Origin: a virus
Lineage: Duplodnaviria; Caudoviricetes
Reading direction: 5' to 3' (one strand)
Virus record (IMG/VR): IMGVR_UViG_3300020414_000236
Location: 1 to 30,636 of that record
DNA length: 30,636 nucleotides
Positions 8,309 through 16,839 of the stretch are shown here, in pieces; position 1 is the stretch's first letter; each line of letters starts with the position of its first letter. The position numbers and the translations under genes were made by a program. The notes under the pieces were generated by a model, which saw nothing but the letters and a program-made list of their open reading frames with translations, ran no database searches and had not been told where the DNA came from.

Positions 8309-10153
8309 ATGGCATTCTTGTTAAAGGATCGTGTGAAGGAGACTAGTACCACTACAGGCACTGGTGCTTTCACATTAGGAGGCGCATCTGCAACATTCGA
8401 TACATTCTCTTCTGTTCTATCAGACGGAGATACAACATACTATGCTATTGTACATGCCGCTACAGGAACAGACGAATGGGAGGTAGGGCTTGGAACATTT
8501 GCTTCTAGTGGCTCTACCCTCACTCGTACTACTGTTCTTTCATCATCTAATAATGGAAGTGCAACAAACTTCTCTGCAGGTGATAAGGATGTGTTTATTA
8601 CATATCCTGCAGATAAAGCTATATTTAAAGACGGTTCTGGTAACGTTACAATTTCAGGAAACCTTACTGTAGATGGTACAACTACTACGGTAAATAGTAC
8701 TACAGTTACAGTTGATGATCCTATCTTTACTATCGGAGGTGACTCTGCACCTTCTTCAGATGACAACAAAGATCGTGGTATAGAATTTAGATACCATAAT
8801 GGCTCTGCTGCTAAAGTAGGGTTTTTTGGTTTTGATGATAGCACTGGTAAATTTACATTCATACCAGATGCAACAAACAATAGTGAAGTTTTCTCAGGTA
8901 CAGCAGGAACAGTCGTAGCTGCCTTAGAAGGAAACGTAACTGGTGACGTGACAGGAGATGTCACAGGTAATCTTACTGGCAATGTTACAGGAAATGTAAC
9001 TGGAGATGTCACAGGTGACGTTACAGGAAATTTAACTGGTAACGTAACTGGTAATGTTTCAGGTAGTGCAGGTTCTGCTACTGGTAATGCAGCAACAGCT
9101 ACAGCTTTAGCTACTGCACGTAACATAGGTGGTGTATCGTTTGATGGTAGTGCAGATATAACTCTGCCCGGAGTAAACTCAGCAGGTAACCAAGATACGA
9201 CAGGTAATGCAGCAACTGCGACAGCTTTAGAAACAGCTAGACAGATTGCAGGTGTAAACTTTGATGGTACTGCTAACATAGCTATTGCACCTACAGACTT
9301 AACTGGTGTCACATCTACTGCAGCAGAAATAAATATATTAGATGGTGCTACTCTTGATACTGCAGAACTAAACATATTAGACGGTGTTACAGCTACTACT
9401 GCAGAACTAAACATACTAGATGGTGTAACTGCAACCGCAACAGAATTAAATTACGTAGACGGTGTTACATCTGCAATACAAACACAGCTAGACGCAAAGC
9501 CACCACTGAACACCATAGCTGTTACTGTTGCAGGTGGCAAGTTTGTAATTGATGGTACATCACAACACTCTATGTCACTTGTACCTAACGTAACGTATCG
9601 TTTTGACCAGAGTGACTCGTCCAACGCCTCACACCCTATAAAATTCAGTACTACTTCAGATGGTACACATAACTCAGGTTCAGCTTTTACCACAGGAATT
9701 ACCTCTACAGGAACTCCAGGTTCGGCAGGAGCCTACTCAGATGTTAAGTTAGAAAATGACGCACCACAGGTATTATTTTACTATTGCCAAAACCACTCAG
9801 GCATGGGAGCCGAAATAAATGTAGGTAATTCTGCAATAGAAGATCATACTAGCTTGACAGCAGCAGGTTCAACCCTTACAATAGACCTAGCTGCTTCGAA
9901 GCATTTTATAGTAACGATGACAGCAAATACTACTTTTGCTTTTTCAAACATAGATGCAGGGCGTTCAGGTAATATTGTGATCAAAGAAGATTCAACTGGT
10001 GGTTATTCTTTTACTCTACCTTCAGAAGCTAAAACCCCTCTCAATGGTGCTACCATTACACAACAGACTGGTGCAAACAAAGTAAGTGTCTTATCTTATC
10101 ACGTATTAGACTCAAGTAATGTATTAGTAAACTACATTGGAGACTTTGCATAA
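8309..10153 (+). CDS. Fibre protein 1 (multi-repeat shaft, cupredoxin-like domain, C-terminal adaptor domain)
   Basis: 614 aa: N-terminal DRVKET.TT.GTG anchor, G[N/D][V/L]T repeats, GNAATATAL.TAR.I repeats, AELNILDG repeats, HP...YYCQNHSGMG motif. Confidence 0.85.
   Translation: MAFLLKDRVKETSTTTGTGAFTLGGASATFDTFSSVLSDGDTTYYAIVHAATGTDEWEVGLGTFASSGSTLTRTTVLSSSNNGSATNFSAGDKDVFITYPADKAIFKDGSGNVTISGNLTVDGTTTTVNSTTVTVDDPIFTIGGDSAPSSDDNKDRGIEFRYHNGSAAKVGFFGFDDSTGKFTFIPDATNNSEVFSGTAGTVVAALEGNVTGDVTGDVTGNLTGNVTGNVTGDVTGDVTGNLTGNVTGNVSGSAGSATGNAATATALATARNIGGVSFDGSADITLPGVNSAGNQDTTGNAATATALETARQIAGVNFDGTANIAIAPTDLTGVTSTAAEINILDGATLDTAELNILDGVTATTAELNILDGVTATATELNYVDGVTSAIQTQLDAKPPLNTIAVTVAGGKFVIDGTSQHSMSLVPNVTYRFDQSDSSNASHPIKFSTTSDGTHNSGSAFTTGITSTGTPGSAGAYSDVKLENDAPQVLFYYCQNHSGMGAEINVGNSAIEDHTSLTAAGSTLTIDLAASKHFIVTMTANTTFAFSNIDAGRSGNIVIKEDSTGGYSFTLPSEAKTPLNGATITQQTGANKVSVLSYHVLDSSNVLVNYIGDFA
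8930..9061 (+). repeat. G[N/D][V/L]T tetrapeptide tandem repeat (about 11 units)
   Basis: GNVTGDVTGDVTGNLTGNVTGNVTGDVTGDVTGNLTGNVTGNVS; 12-nt period with divergent third codon positions. Confidence 0.9.
9305..9470 (+). repeat. 13-aa (39-nt) repeat, AELNILDGVT type, 4 units
   Basis: GVTSTAAEINILD-GATLDTAELNILD-GVTATTAELNILD-GVTATATELNYVD; ACTGCAGAACTAAACATA occurs twice exactly. Confidence 0.9.
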
Positions 10154-10926
10154 TGCTTGATTTTTTAGATGGTATCTACCAGTACCAAGCTAATACAAGT
10201 ACTAGTAGAAACACAACACAAAGTACAACTCGGTCCACTACTAGAAGTACAACAAAAAGTACTAGTAGTACTGTAGATACTTCTAGCAATACCACTATTT
10301 CTACTACAGCTTCAACTACTAGAAGTACTACGACTACATTTAATACTACTTTTTCTACTTCTTATACTACTACTTATACTACTACTTATAATACTAGTTA
10401 TACAACTAGCTACAGCACCTCTATTCCAGTTACAAGAGAGCCTAGTTCTGGTTGGTATCATAACGGTGGTAATGGCAGTGGTACTCATTACTGGGATGTT
10501 TTTGTTGGCGTCCATGCGGTTTGGGGAGGAACAACTGTAATTGATATTTATTCAAATGGTGGCAATGGAGTTCCAGGCACAGCCACTTCTGCTACAGGAT
10601 ATGATGGAAAAACGTATCTAAGAGGACCAATAACTAACTCTGATATTGCTCTAAAAACTGATATTGCTCCTGCTAGAAACTATCTTGATACAGTTAATAG
10701 TATACCTGTACATACATTTAAATATAAATCAAACGTTGAAGATGAACCAATACTAGGGGTGATGGCACAAGAAGTAGAAGCTGTAGCACCTGAGTTGATG
10801 ACAAATGATACAGACAATGGTTTTAAAGCTGTATATCCACAACAAATACAATACGCAATGTTAAAAGCTATACAAGAACTAACTTCTAAAGTAGAAGATT
10901 TAGAAAATAAAATTAAGAGTATGTAA
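10153..10926 (+). CDS. Ser/Thr-repeat fibre-tip protein A with C-terminal peptidase S74 intramolecular chaperone
   Basis: aa 14-91 are 4-residue S/T repeats; aa 92-162 an aromatic/Gly tip domain; from aa 163 SDIALKTDI...F.YK...GVMAQEVE.V.PEL...MLKAIQEL (S74 signature plus coiled coil). TAATG-coupled to fibre 1. Confidence 0.8.
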   Translation: MLDFLDGIYQYQANTSTSRNTTQSTTRSTTRSTTKSTSSTVDTSSNTTISTTASTTRSTTTTFNTTFSTSYTTTYTTTYNTSYTTSYSTSIPVTREPSSGWYHNGGNGSGTHYWDVFVGVHAVWGGTTVIDIYSNGGNGVPGTATSATGYDGKTYLRGPITNSDIALKTDIAPARNYLDTVNSIPVHTFKYKSNVEDEPILGVMAQEVEAVAPELMTNDTDNGFKAVYPQQIQYAMLKAIQELTSKVEDLENKIKSM

Positions 10927-11231
10927 TGTCTGTTCCTACCAATTATAAAATTGCTAGACAATATGGTGGAGGTTCTCAAAACACTAGCCGTAGTACTAGT
11001 AGATCCACTAGTAGATCCACTAGCAGAAGTACTAGTCGTAATACTACCGTAAGTACAAGCGCATCCACCACTACTACATTTAATACTACTTTTGACACAA
11101 CGTTTGCTACAGGAACTACGTTTACAACTACTTTTGACACAACGTTTGACACAACGTTTGATACAACGTTTGACACTACATTTACTACAACCTTTAATAC
11201 ATCAACTACAAAAACGTTTTATAACACATGA
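10926..11231 (+). CDS. Ser/Thr-repeat protein B (putative return strand of the fibre needle)
   Basis: 101 aa, 54 of them Ser/Thr (hand count). Five SRxT units then TTF[D/N/T] repeats. TAATG overlap upstream and ATGA overlap downstream support real translation. Confidence 0.75.
   Translation: MSVPTNYKIARQYGGGSQNTSRSTSRSTSRSTSRSTSRNTTVSTSASTTTTFNTTFDTTFATGTTFTTTFDTTFDTTFDTTFDTTFTTTFNTSTTKTFYNT
10994..11180 (+). repeat. 12-nt tandem repeats (ACTAGTAGATCC-type and TTTGACACAACG-type)
   Basis: Near-exact 12-mers encode the STSR and FDTT units. Confidence 0.85.
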
Positions 11232-12133
11232 GCATGTTTACTGCTGCTTATATTGATAAGCACCTTGGCAACAAATTAGATTTTACAGCAGACTTGTATA
11301 GATACAAGAAATGTGAAAAAAGATTTAAAGAACTTTGTGAGATACATAACATAGAATCGGCACACGATTGTACTGCCTACGAAAATATTTACTTTAAAAC
11401 ATTAAGCTATACAACATATGCAAATATGTTTATGATGCATCCTTTAAATTTTATATCTTCATTTGATCAAGTACAAGACGCTAGAGCAGATGATGTAGTT
11501 GTTCACGATTATATGACTGCCATAAAAACAGCACAAGAAAAAAGGGGTGGTAAGTACAGAGCAGCCTTTTTGAAGGTGAAAAGGGATATGGATTCTGTAG
11601 CTGTACTTCCCGGTAGCAATAAGTTTGATGAACATTTATGTACTACAAAACTAAAACAATTAGTAGATGAAAATCCTAAATTAGTAGTAAAGCCACATCC
11701 TTTATCTGATAATCAGTTAATGAGTAGAATAAGAGAGTTGGTTCCTGCAAAACAATTAGCTTCACCTATGGAGGATTTATACTCACTGATAGAACAATCT
11801 GAAATAGTGTATAGTACACACATATCAGAAACAGCTTTAACTTCATTGGCACTAGGTAAAGAAATTGAACCGCTTGATAAATTTCAGATGCGTACTCTTG
11901 GTTCGTTTAGTCATGTAAACTATGTGATATATACAGCACTTGATCCTATAAAAGAGATGAATAAAATTTTCTCTTCTCCTAAATCTGGAATAATAAATCT
12001 GGACATTGACACAGATTGGGAGTATAAGATGGAACAATACTTCAAACATATAATGGCTAAAAGAGCAAAAGAAAAAGGTAGATACATATATGGACATGTC
12101 AAGCAAGCCGAGCATAGATCGAGCAATCTTTGA
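11228..12133 (+). CDS. GT-B glycosyltransferase-like protein (KpsS/KpsC- or TagF-like HP motif)
   Basis: VAVLPGS...LVVKPHPL...DLYSLIEQSEIVYSTHISETALTSLALGKEI matches the K.HP and (V.T..S..G.EA...GK.V) pattern of CMP/CDP-donor GT-B C-terminal domains. Confidence 0.6.
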   Translation: MSMFTAAYIDKHLGNKLDFTADLYRYKKCEKRFKELCEIHNIESAHDCTAYENIYFKTLSYTTYANMFMMHPLNFISSFDQVQDARADDVVVHDYMTAIKTAQEKRGGKYRAAFLKVKRDMDSVAVLPGSNKFDEHLCTTKLKQLVDENPKLVVKPHPLSDNQLMSRIRELVPAKQLASPMEDLYSLIEQSEIVYSTHISETALTSLALGKEIEPLDKFQMRTLGSFSHVNYVIYTALDPIKEMNKIFSSPKSGIINLDIDTDWEYKMEQYFKHIMAKRAKEKGRYIYGHVKQAEHRSSNL

Positions 12134-12539
12134 TGTACTATGTTTGTGTACAGATGTAGACACAGATAAAATAGCAGGTAAACTTACAATGAGGCAATTT
12201 GCCGAAAACGTAATAGAACCTATGCAACATGGAAAAGCACACTTAAGATATAGCGCAGATGGTGTACTATTATGGTTTTTTAGTTGGTTACCTATAAACG
12301 ATAATGACTTAAAATATATGAAAGAAAATGATTGCACCTTTCCAGATAGATTTGAAATACTACAAAGAAAAACTGCTGATCATGCTCTTATAACTTTATC
12401 CCTGAGTAGACCAAAAATGTTTATGAAAGATAAAGATATTTGTAAAGATATACTAAAACAAGTAACAACAAGAAACAGTGTTTATGCTTATAGGCCTGTT
12501 CAAGGAAAAACAAAGTTAAAAAAACTAAGGATTCTGTGA
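12090..12539 (+). CDS. Divergent HlyC/RtxC (toxin-activating acyltransferase)-like protein
   Basis: VIEPMQHGKAHLRY..DG.LLWFFSWLPINDND.KY aligns by eye with HlyC ILP.I..GQY...DG.PVAY.SWA.L..E.E.RY; similar size. Catalytic S/H/D not seen. Confidence 0.45.
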   Translation: MDMSSKPSIDRAIFDVLCLCTDVDTDKIAGKLTMRQFAENVIEPMQHGKAHLRYSADGVLLWFFSWLPINDNDLKYMKENDCTFPDRFEILQRKTADHALITLSLSRPKMFMKDKDICKDILKQVTTRNSVYAYRPVQGKTKLKKLRIL

Positions 12540-13102
12540 TGGAAGAAACATCATTTAAAATTAAATCTTACGGTAAAGACGGTGTTATAAAAAAAGTTGA
12601 ATGGTTAATGACCTTATCTGATGGTACAACAGAGTATCAACAGGGAGGAACAGTTCCTATTGAAACAACATTAAGTTCCTCTGCCTCAGAATCAGAAATA
12701 ATAGAAGCAACAAAAGCACAAATTGGTGCAGCATCTTTAGCACAAATACAAGCAGAGGCAAACCATTATAAAATAAATAAACAGTCAGAAGAAGACTCTG
12801 CTACTGAGTATGTAAAATCTACGCTTACAGCCGCAGAAGAAAAAGCAATGTCTCCTGTTATGACTGTAACAAATTTTGATTTTATAATGGCTCTTCAAGA
12901 TAAAGGTCACTATGATACAGTAAATAATTGGGTTACTAATTCTGGAACAGACAAGCAAAAACTCTTTTGGAAAATATCTCCTATGTACTCTTATTCTGCT
13001 CCTTTGAGTGAACAAATATTGGACGGTGCAGGTTTAAGTACAGCCCAACAAAAAGAATTATATCAACATGCTCTTAGTTTGAAAAACTACAGACCAGAAT
13101 AG
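12536..13102 (+). CDS. Putative fibre-assembly/chaperone-like protein
   Basis: 188 aa. C-terminal V.....F..AL...G..D.V.........W......PL.......GL...Q...L...A resembles domains found beside fibre genes. Start is GTG 12536 or ATG 12539. Confidence 0.45.
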   Translation: MMEETSFKIKSYGKDGVIKKVEWLMTLSDGTTEYQQGGTVPIETTLSSSASESEIIEATKAQIGAASLAQIQAEANHYKINKQSEEDSATEYVKSTLTAAEEKAMSPVMTVTNFDFIMALQDKGHYDTVNNWVTNSGTDKQKLFWKISPMYSYSAPLSEQILDGAGLSTAQQKELYQHALSLKNYRPE

Positions 13103-13111
13103 AGGTAGTAT

Positions 13112-14209
13112 ATGTTTGGTTTTAGCCCTTTTGGTGGAGGCCCATTAGGTAGTACAGGGGCTGATCCTAATTTAACTACAACTCTTGATGGTGTTTCAGC
13201 AACCTCCTCTGCAGGTTCTTTTTCCTTCACCACAGTAGTAAATCTTACTATCGGTTCTGCTACTGGTACAGGTGCTGCAGGTACACTGTTAGTTGCTCAA
13301 GGTTCAGCAACAGCTTTAAATGGTGTTTCTGGTACATCTGCTGTTAATGATGTAACACATACCTTAGATGCAGGACCAACTTTACCTAGTGCAACTTCTA
13401 CTTCTGCAGTAGGTACTATAACAGGTATTAATGGATCAGCAGTAAACCTACCTGCTGCTGCTTCTACTGCATCAGTTGGCACACTTACCATTGCATCCGA
13501 CTCTAGTGTTAGTGTAAGTGGTGTTTCTGGAACCACTGCTGTTGGTACTGTAGAGGGTTCTTTAAGAACAAATGTATTTATACCTAGTGTTTCTGCTTCT
13601 TCAGGTATAAATTCTCTTGCAATTTCTGCAAGTTCGAGTATAACTTTAGCCAAAGTAATAGCACAGCTATTAGGTAACCCACCACAGTTTTCACTAGACG
13701 GTGATAAAACACTAGTTGGTGTACAGGGTACAACAGGCGTTGGCCTTACATCAAGGGGTGATGCAAACACAACATTAGCGACACCTGCTACCTTAACTTC
13801 ATCAGTAGGAACAGTGTCGGCAAGCGGTCAAGCCAGAGTTGTAGACTTGACTGTATCAGCCATACTCTCAGCAGGAGGTGATCCCAGTAATCATGTAGGT
13901 GTCGCTAATGTCACCATACCTAGTGCAACTAGCACAATAACAGCATCAGACTTTGCTGATTTACTAAGTGTCAACAATGTTAATTTATTTAGTGTTGTTG
14001 CAGTCACAGCCGTAAACGTTTCTGCTACTGGCTTTCAGTTCGACTATGACGCTGTAAAAGATAATTTTAGTTTAGAACGAACTATCTTTATAAAGAAACA
14101 AGAATCAGAAGTACCGCCAATAGTGTATATACTAGAACAAGAACCTACAACAGTATTTATACGTGATGACACCAACGGCCTTGGTAACACGGTACATATA
14201 ACAAGTTAA
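13112..14209 (+). CDS. Repetitive Ser/Thr/Gly/Val-rich structural protein of the fibre module
   Basis: 365 aa, MFGFSPF N-terminus, ~19-20-aa repeats (GVS.TS.VG.); SD GAGG. Confidence 0.65.
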   Translation: MFGFSPFGGGPLGSTGADPNLTTTLDGVSATSSAGSFSFTTVVNLTIGSATGTGAAGTLLVAQGSATALNGVSGTSAVNDVTHTLDAGPTLPSATSTSAVGTITGINGSAVNLPAAASTASVGTLTIASDSSVSVSGVSGTTAVGTVEGSLRTNVFIPSVSASSGINSLAISASSSITLAKVIAQLLGNPPQFSLDGDKTLVGVQGTTGVGLTSRGDANTTLATPATLTSSVGTVSASGQARVVDLTVSAILSAGGDPSNHVGVANVTIPSATSTITASDFADLLSVNNVNLFSVVAVTAVNVSATGFQFDYDAVKDNFSLERTIFIKKQESEVPPIVYILEQEPTTVFIRDDTNGLGNTVHITS

Positions 14210-14219
14210 GGATGTATTC

Positions 14220-14543
14220 ATGTCTTACAAATGGCCTGATAAAGACCCAGATGAAATAGTAGATTACACAGTAGACTGGTCAAGGTTTCTTGGTACAGCT
14301 ACTATAACTGCATCTACTTGGTTTATCGAAGATGCCAATGGCAATAAAGAACAAGTGTCTGTTAATGAAATAGTTGATGGTCTTCAATTCTTATCTACCA
14401 CTATACCTACTGGTAACCAAGCTGTTACAGTAAGATTTGGTCAAGGCACAAACAATAAAAGATATAAAGTTACGTGTAGGATAGAAACAAATACAGGTCT
14501 TTTGTTTGAGCGTTCAATCTTCCTACGTGCCAAGGAGAGATAA
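14220..14543 (+). CDS. Fibre-tail adaptor-like protein (KDP.E..DY..DW family)
   Basis: 107 aa KDPDEIVDYTVDWS...G.....Y.VTC.I.T..G...ER; Ig-like small adaptor family recognised from memory. Confidence 0.6.
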   Translation: MSYKWPDKDPDEIVDYTVDWSRFLGTATITASTWFIEDANGNKEQVSVNEIVDGLQFLSTTIPTGNQAVTVRFGQGTNNKRYKVTCRIETNTGLLFERSIFLRAKER

Positions 14544-15227
14544 ATGGCATATGATTTTCTTTCATTAGTAAACGATGTTAACAATAGACTTAACGAAGTA
14601 GAACTTACAAGTAGTAATTTTGCTACAGCTACAGGTTACTTTAACTTTGCCAAGGATTCTGTTAACTCATCACTCAGACATATACAACAAGAAGAATATG
14701 AGTGGCCTTGGAACCATGTTGAACAGAGTGATGTTGTAATTGCAGGGCAGGTTAGGTACGCTATACCCTCAGATGCAAAGACTGTAAACTTTAATACATT
14801 TAGAATAAGAAGAGATGACTCTCTAAATGTAGGAACTATCCACCTTAAGAATATGGAATACGAAGAGTGGCTAGATAAGCATGTTGATAGTGAATATAAT
14901 ACAAACAGCAAGGGCTGTCCAACGCATGTAATAAGAACACCTAGCAGAGAATATATTCTGTATCCAAACCCAGACAAAGCATATGAAGTAGTATTTGAAT
15001 ACTTTAGAGTTGGCTATGATTTGGAACAGCCTACAGATATTCCAAACTTACCAGAACAATATAGATATGTAATTGTTGATGGTGCTATGTACTATGTATA
15101 TCAGTTTAGGGGTGACACACCTAGTGCAAACTTAGCTTTACAAAAGTTTCAGCAAGGTATCAAACACTTAAGAAGTCTACATATAAATCGTACAAATAAT
15201 CTAAGAGACACAAGAGTGCGCTTCTAA
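14544..15227 (+). CDS. Head-tail adaptor (tail tubular A-like)
   Basis: 227 aa: FL.LVN.V..RLNE, EWPW, G.P......LYP.PDKAY, LPEQY..VIVDGA. Directly precedes the nozzle gene. Confidence 0.8.
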   Translation: MAYDFLSLVNDVNNRLNEVELTSSNFATATGYFNFAKDSVNSSLRHIQQEEYEWPWNHVEQSDVVIAGQVRYAIPSDAKTVNFNTFRIRRDDSLNVGTIHLKNMEYEEWLDKHVDSEYNTNSKGCPTHVIRTPSREYILYPNPDKAYEVVFEYFRVGYDLEQPTDIPNLPEQYRYVIVDGAMYYVYQFRGDTPSANLALQKFQQGIKHLRSLHINRTNNLRDTRVRF

Positions 15228-16837
15228 TGGCTACACAATGGAATACCTTTCCCATCGAATTTAAAGGTGGGCTTATTTCTAACATGTCACCTTTGCAACA
15301 GGGTCTAAATGCTATAGGCTCTGCTACTAAGTTAGAAAATATGGAGCCTAATCGTAGAGGTGGCTACACAAAAATCAAAGGCTACGAAAAGTTTAGCTCT
15401 ACTCAAATTCCAGGTGAAGGAAAAATATTAGGACTTCACGTTGTGTCTAGTGGCAGGGCTGTTGTAGCTAGAAAAATAGACTCTGCTGCTGATACCGCAT
15501 ATGGCAGTATAGCTTCAGGTGACATAGGAAAGACTGGATACTATTGGGGTACTGGTACAAGTTGGAACCATATAGCTACCAGTGGTGATGTTGGTGGTGG
15601 TAAAGTATATAAAGCTACCTTTAACTTTGATGGTGATGATAAAACAGTATTTGTAGATGGTACAAATTACCCTGTTATTTATAATGCAGCAGGTAATACA
15701 GCGACAGTTCTTACCTCTAGTTCTACTAATATAAGTACTGATGTAGAAGGATCAGAACTAGTTTCAGTATTTAAGAACTCTGTGTTCTATGCAAAAGGAA
15801 CTACTGTAAACTTTACTGTTCCGTTTACTGCTCACGACTTTACAACAGGTAATGGTGCAGGGTCTATCTCTGTAGGTAATACAATTACTGGCATGATAGT
15901 TTTTCGTGAACAGTTAATTATATTTACACAAGACTCAATTAAACGACTAGTTGGTAACAGTTCTTCAGACTTTCAATTACAACCAATAACAGAAAAGATT
16001 GGATGTATCAGCCCTGATAGTGTTCAAGAGTTTGGTGGTGACGTTATTTACATGTCACCTGACGGTATCAGACTATTAAGTGCAACAGATCGTATTGGTG
16101 ACTTTGCGTTGGATGTTGCATCAAATAAAATATATGCAGACTCAGATGACTTTTTATCCTCGACAACACAGTTTGCTTCGGTTATACTACGAGAAAAAGG
16201 TCAGTATAGAATATTTGCATATATAGAAGCACAATCAACGGATGCAGCAAAAGGTTTAGCAGCTACAAAGTTTCTTGCTCAAGGTGCTGATGGTGTTCAG
16301 TGGTTTACAACAAAAGGTCTAAAAGTTTATATAGCAGATAGTGTATACTCAGGAACAGCAGAAGCTATAATGTTTGCCAACAATGATGGCTATCTGTATG
16401 AGATGGAACAGACTAATGCTTTTGATGGTGACAACATACAAACATTAGTGGAAACACCTTACATGCCAATCACTGACCCAGAGGTTAGAAAGACTGCATA
16501 TAAGCTTACTCTATATACAAACCCTACTGGGCAGATGAATTTAAAGTTTAGATTACTATTTAACTTTGATTCAGGTGGTGACAATAGAGTACAGCAACCA
16601 GAGGAAATTGACGTAGGTGGTGCAGGTAGTACGGTAGGTATCGTTTTATTTGGTTCTCCGCAATCAATATATGGTGCAACAGGTGTTACATATGGTGCTA
16701 AACTCAAGAAGGTATACGAAGAAAATTTAATCGGGTCATTTAAGACTGCAGCAATGAGGATTACTAGTGATAGTACAGACCCACCTTTTACTTTAGACTC
16801 AGCAGTATTACAATATAGACAAAACGATAGGCAATAA
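15227..16837 (+). CDS. Tail nozzle (tail tubular B / P22 gp10-like beta-propeller)
   Basis: 536 aa: F.GGL, ITGM..FREQLIIF, IGCISPDSVQEFGGDVIYMSPDGIR. Confidence 0.85.
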   Translation: MATQWNTFPIEFKGGLISNMSPLQQGLNAIGSATKLENMEPNRRGGYTKIKGYEKFSSTQIPGEGKILGLHVVSSGRAVVARKIDSAADTAYGSIASGDIGKTGYYWGTGTSWNHIATSGDVGGGKVYKATFNFDGDDKTVFVDGTNYPVIYNAAGNTATVLTSSSTNISTDVEGSELVSVFKNSVFYAKGTTVNFTVPFTAHDFTTGNGAGSISVGNTITGMIVFREQLIIFTQDSIKRLVGNSSSDFQLQPITEKIGCISPDSVQEFGGDVIYMSPDGIRLLSATDRIGDFALDVASNKIYADSDDFLSSTTQFASVILREKGQYRIFAYIEAQSTDAAKGLAATKFLAQGADGVQWFTTKGLKVYIADSVYSGTAEAIMFANNDGYLYEMEQTNAFDGDNIQTLVETPYMPITDPEVRKTAYKLTLYTNPTGQMNLKFRLLFNFDSGGDNRVQQPEEIDVGGAGSTVGIVLFGSPQSIYGATGVTYGAKLKKVYEENLIGSFKTAAMRITSDSTDPPFTLDSAVLQYRQNDRQ

Positions 16838-16839
16838 TC

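Noticed and set aside
8440-9414. 324-aa minus-strand ORF (also 17088-17867, 4751-5572, 13297-13770, 3659-4156, 24344-24856)
   Set aside because: Antisense shadows of repetitive or biased plus-strand genes; no RBS or domain signal, and they lie wholly opposite clear genes.
10626-10943. ACCAAT direct repeat flanking the S74 insert as a target-site duplication
   Set aside because: The copies are in different codon phases, so excision would shift frame. The TCTG junction gives the in-frame product. No transposase or inverted repeats, so not called a mobile element.
10192-11228. S/T repeats as a CRISPR array or ice-binding protein
   Set aside because: The 12-nt units are coding and have no spacers. 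The A/B complementarity and fibre context explain the Thr periodicity better than an ice-binding beta-helix, though ice binding was not tested.
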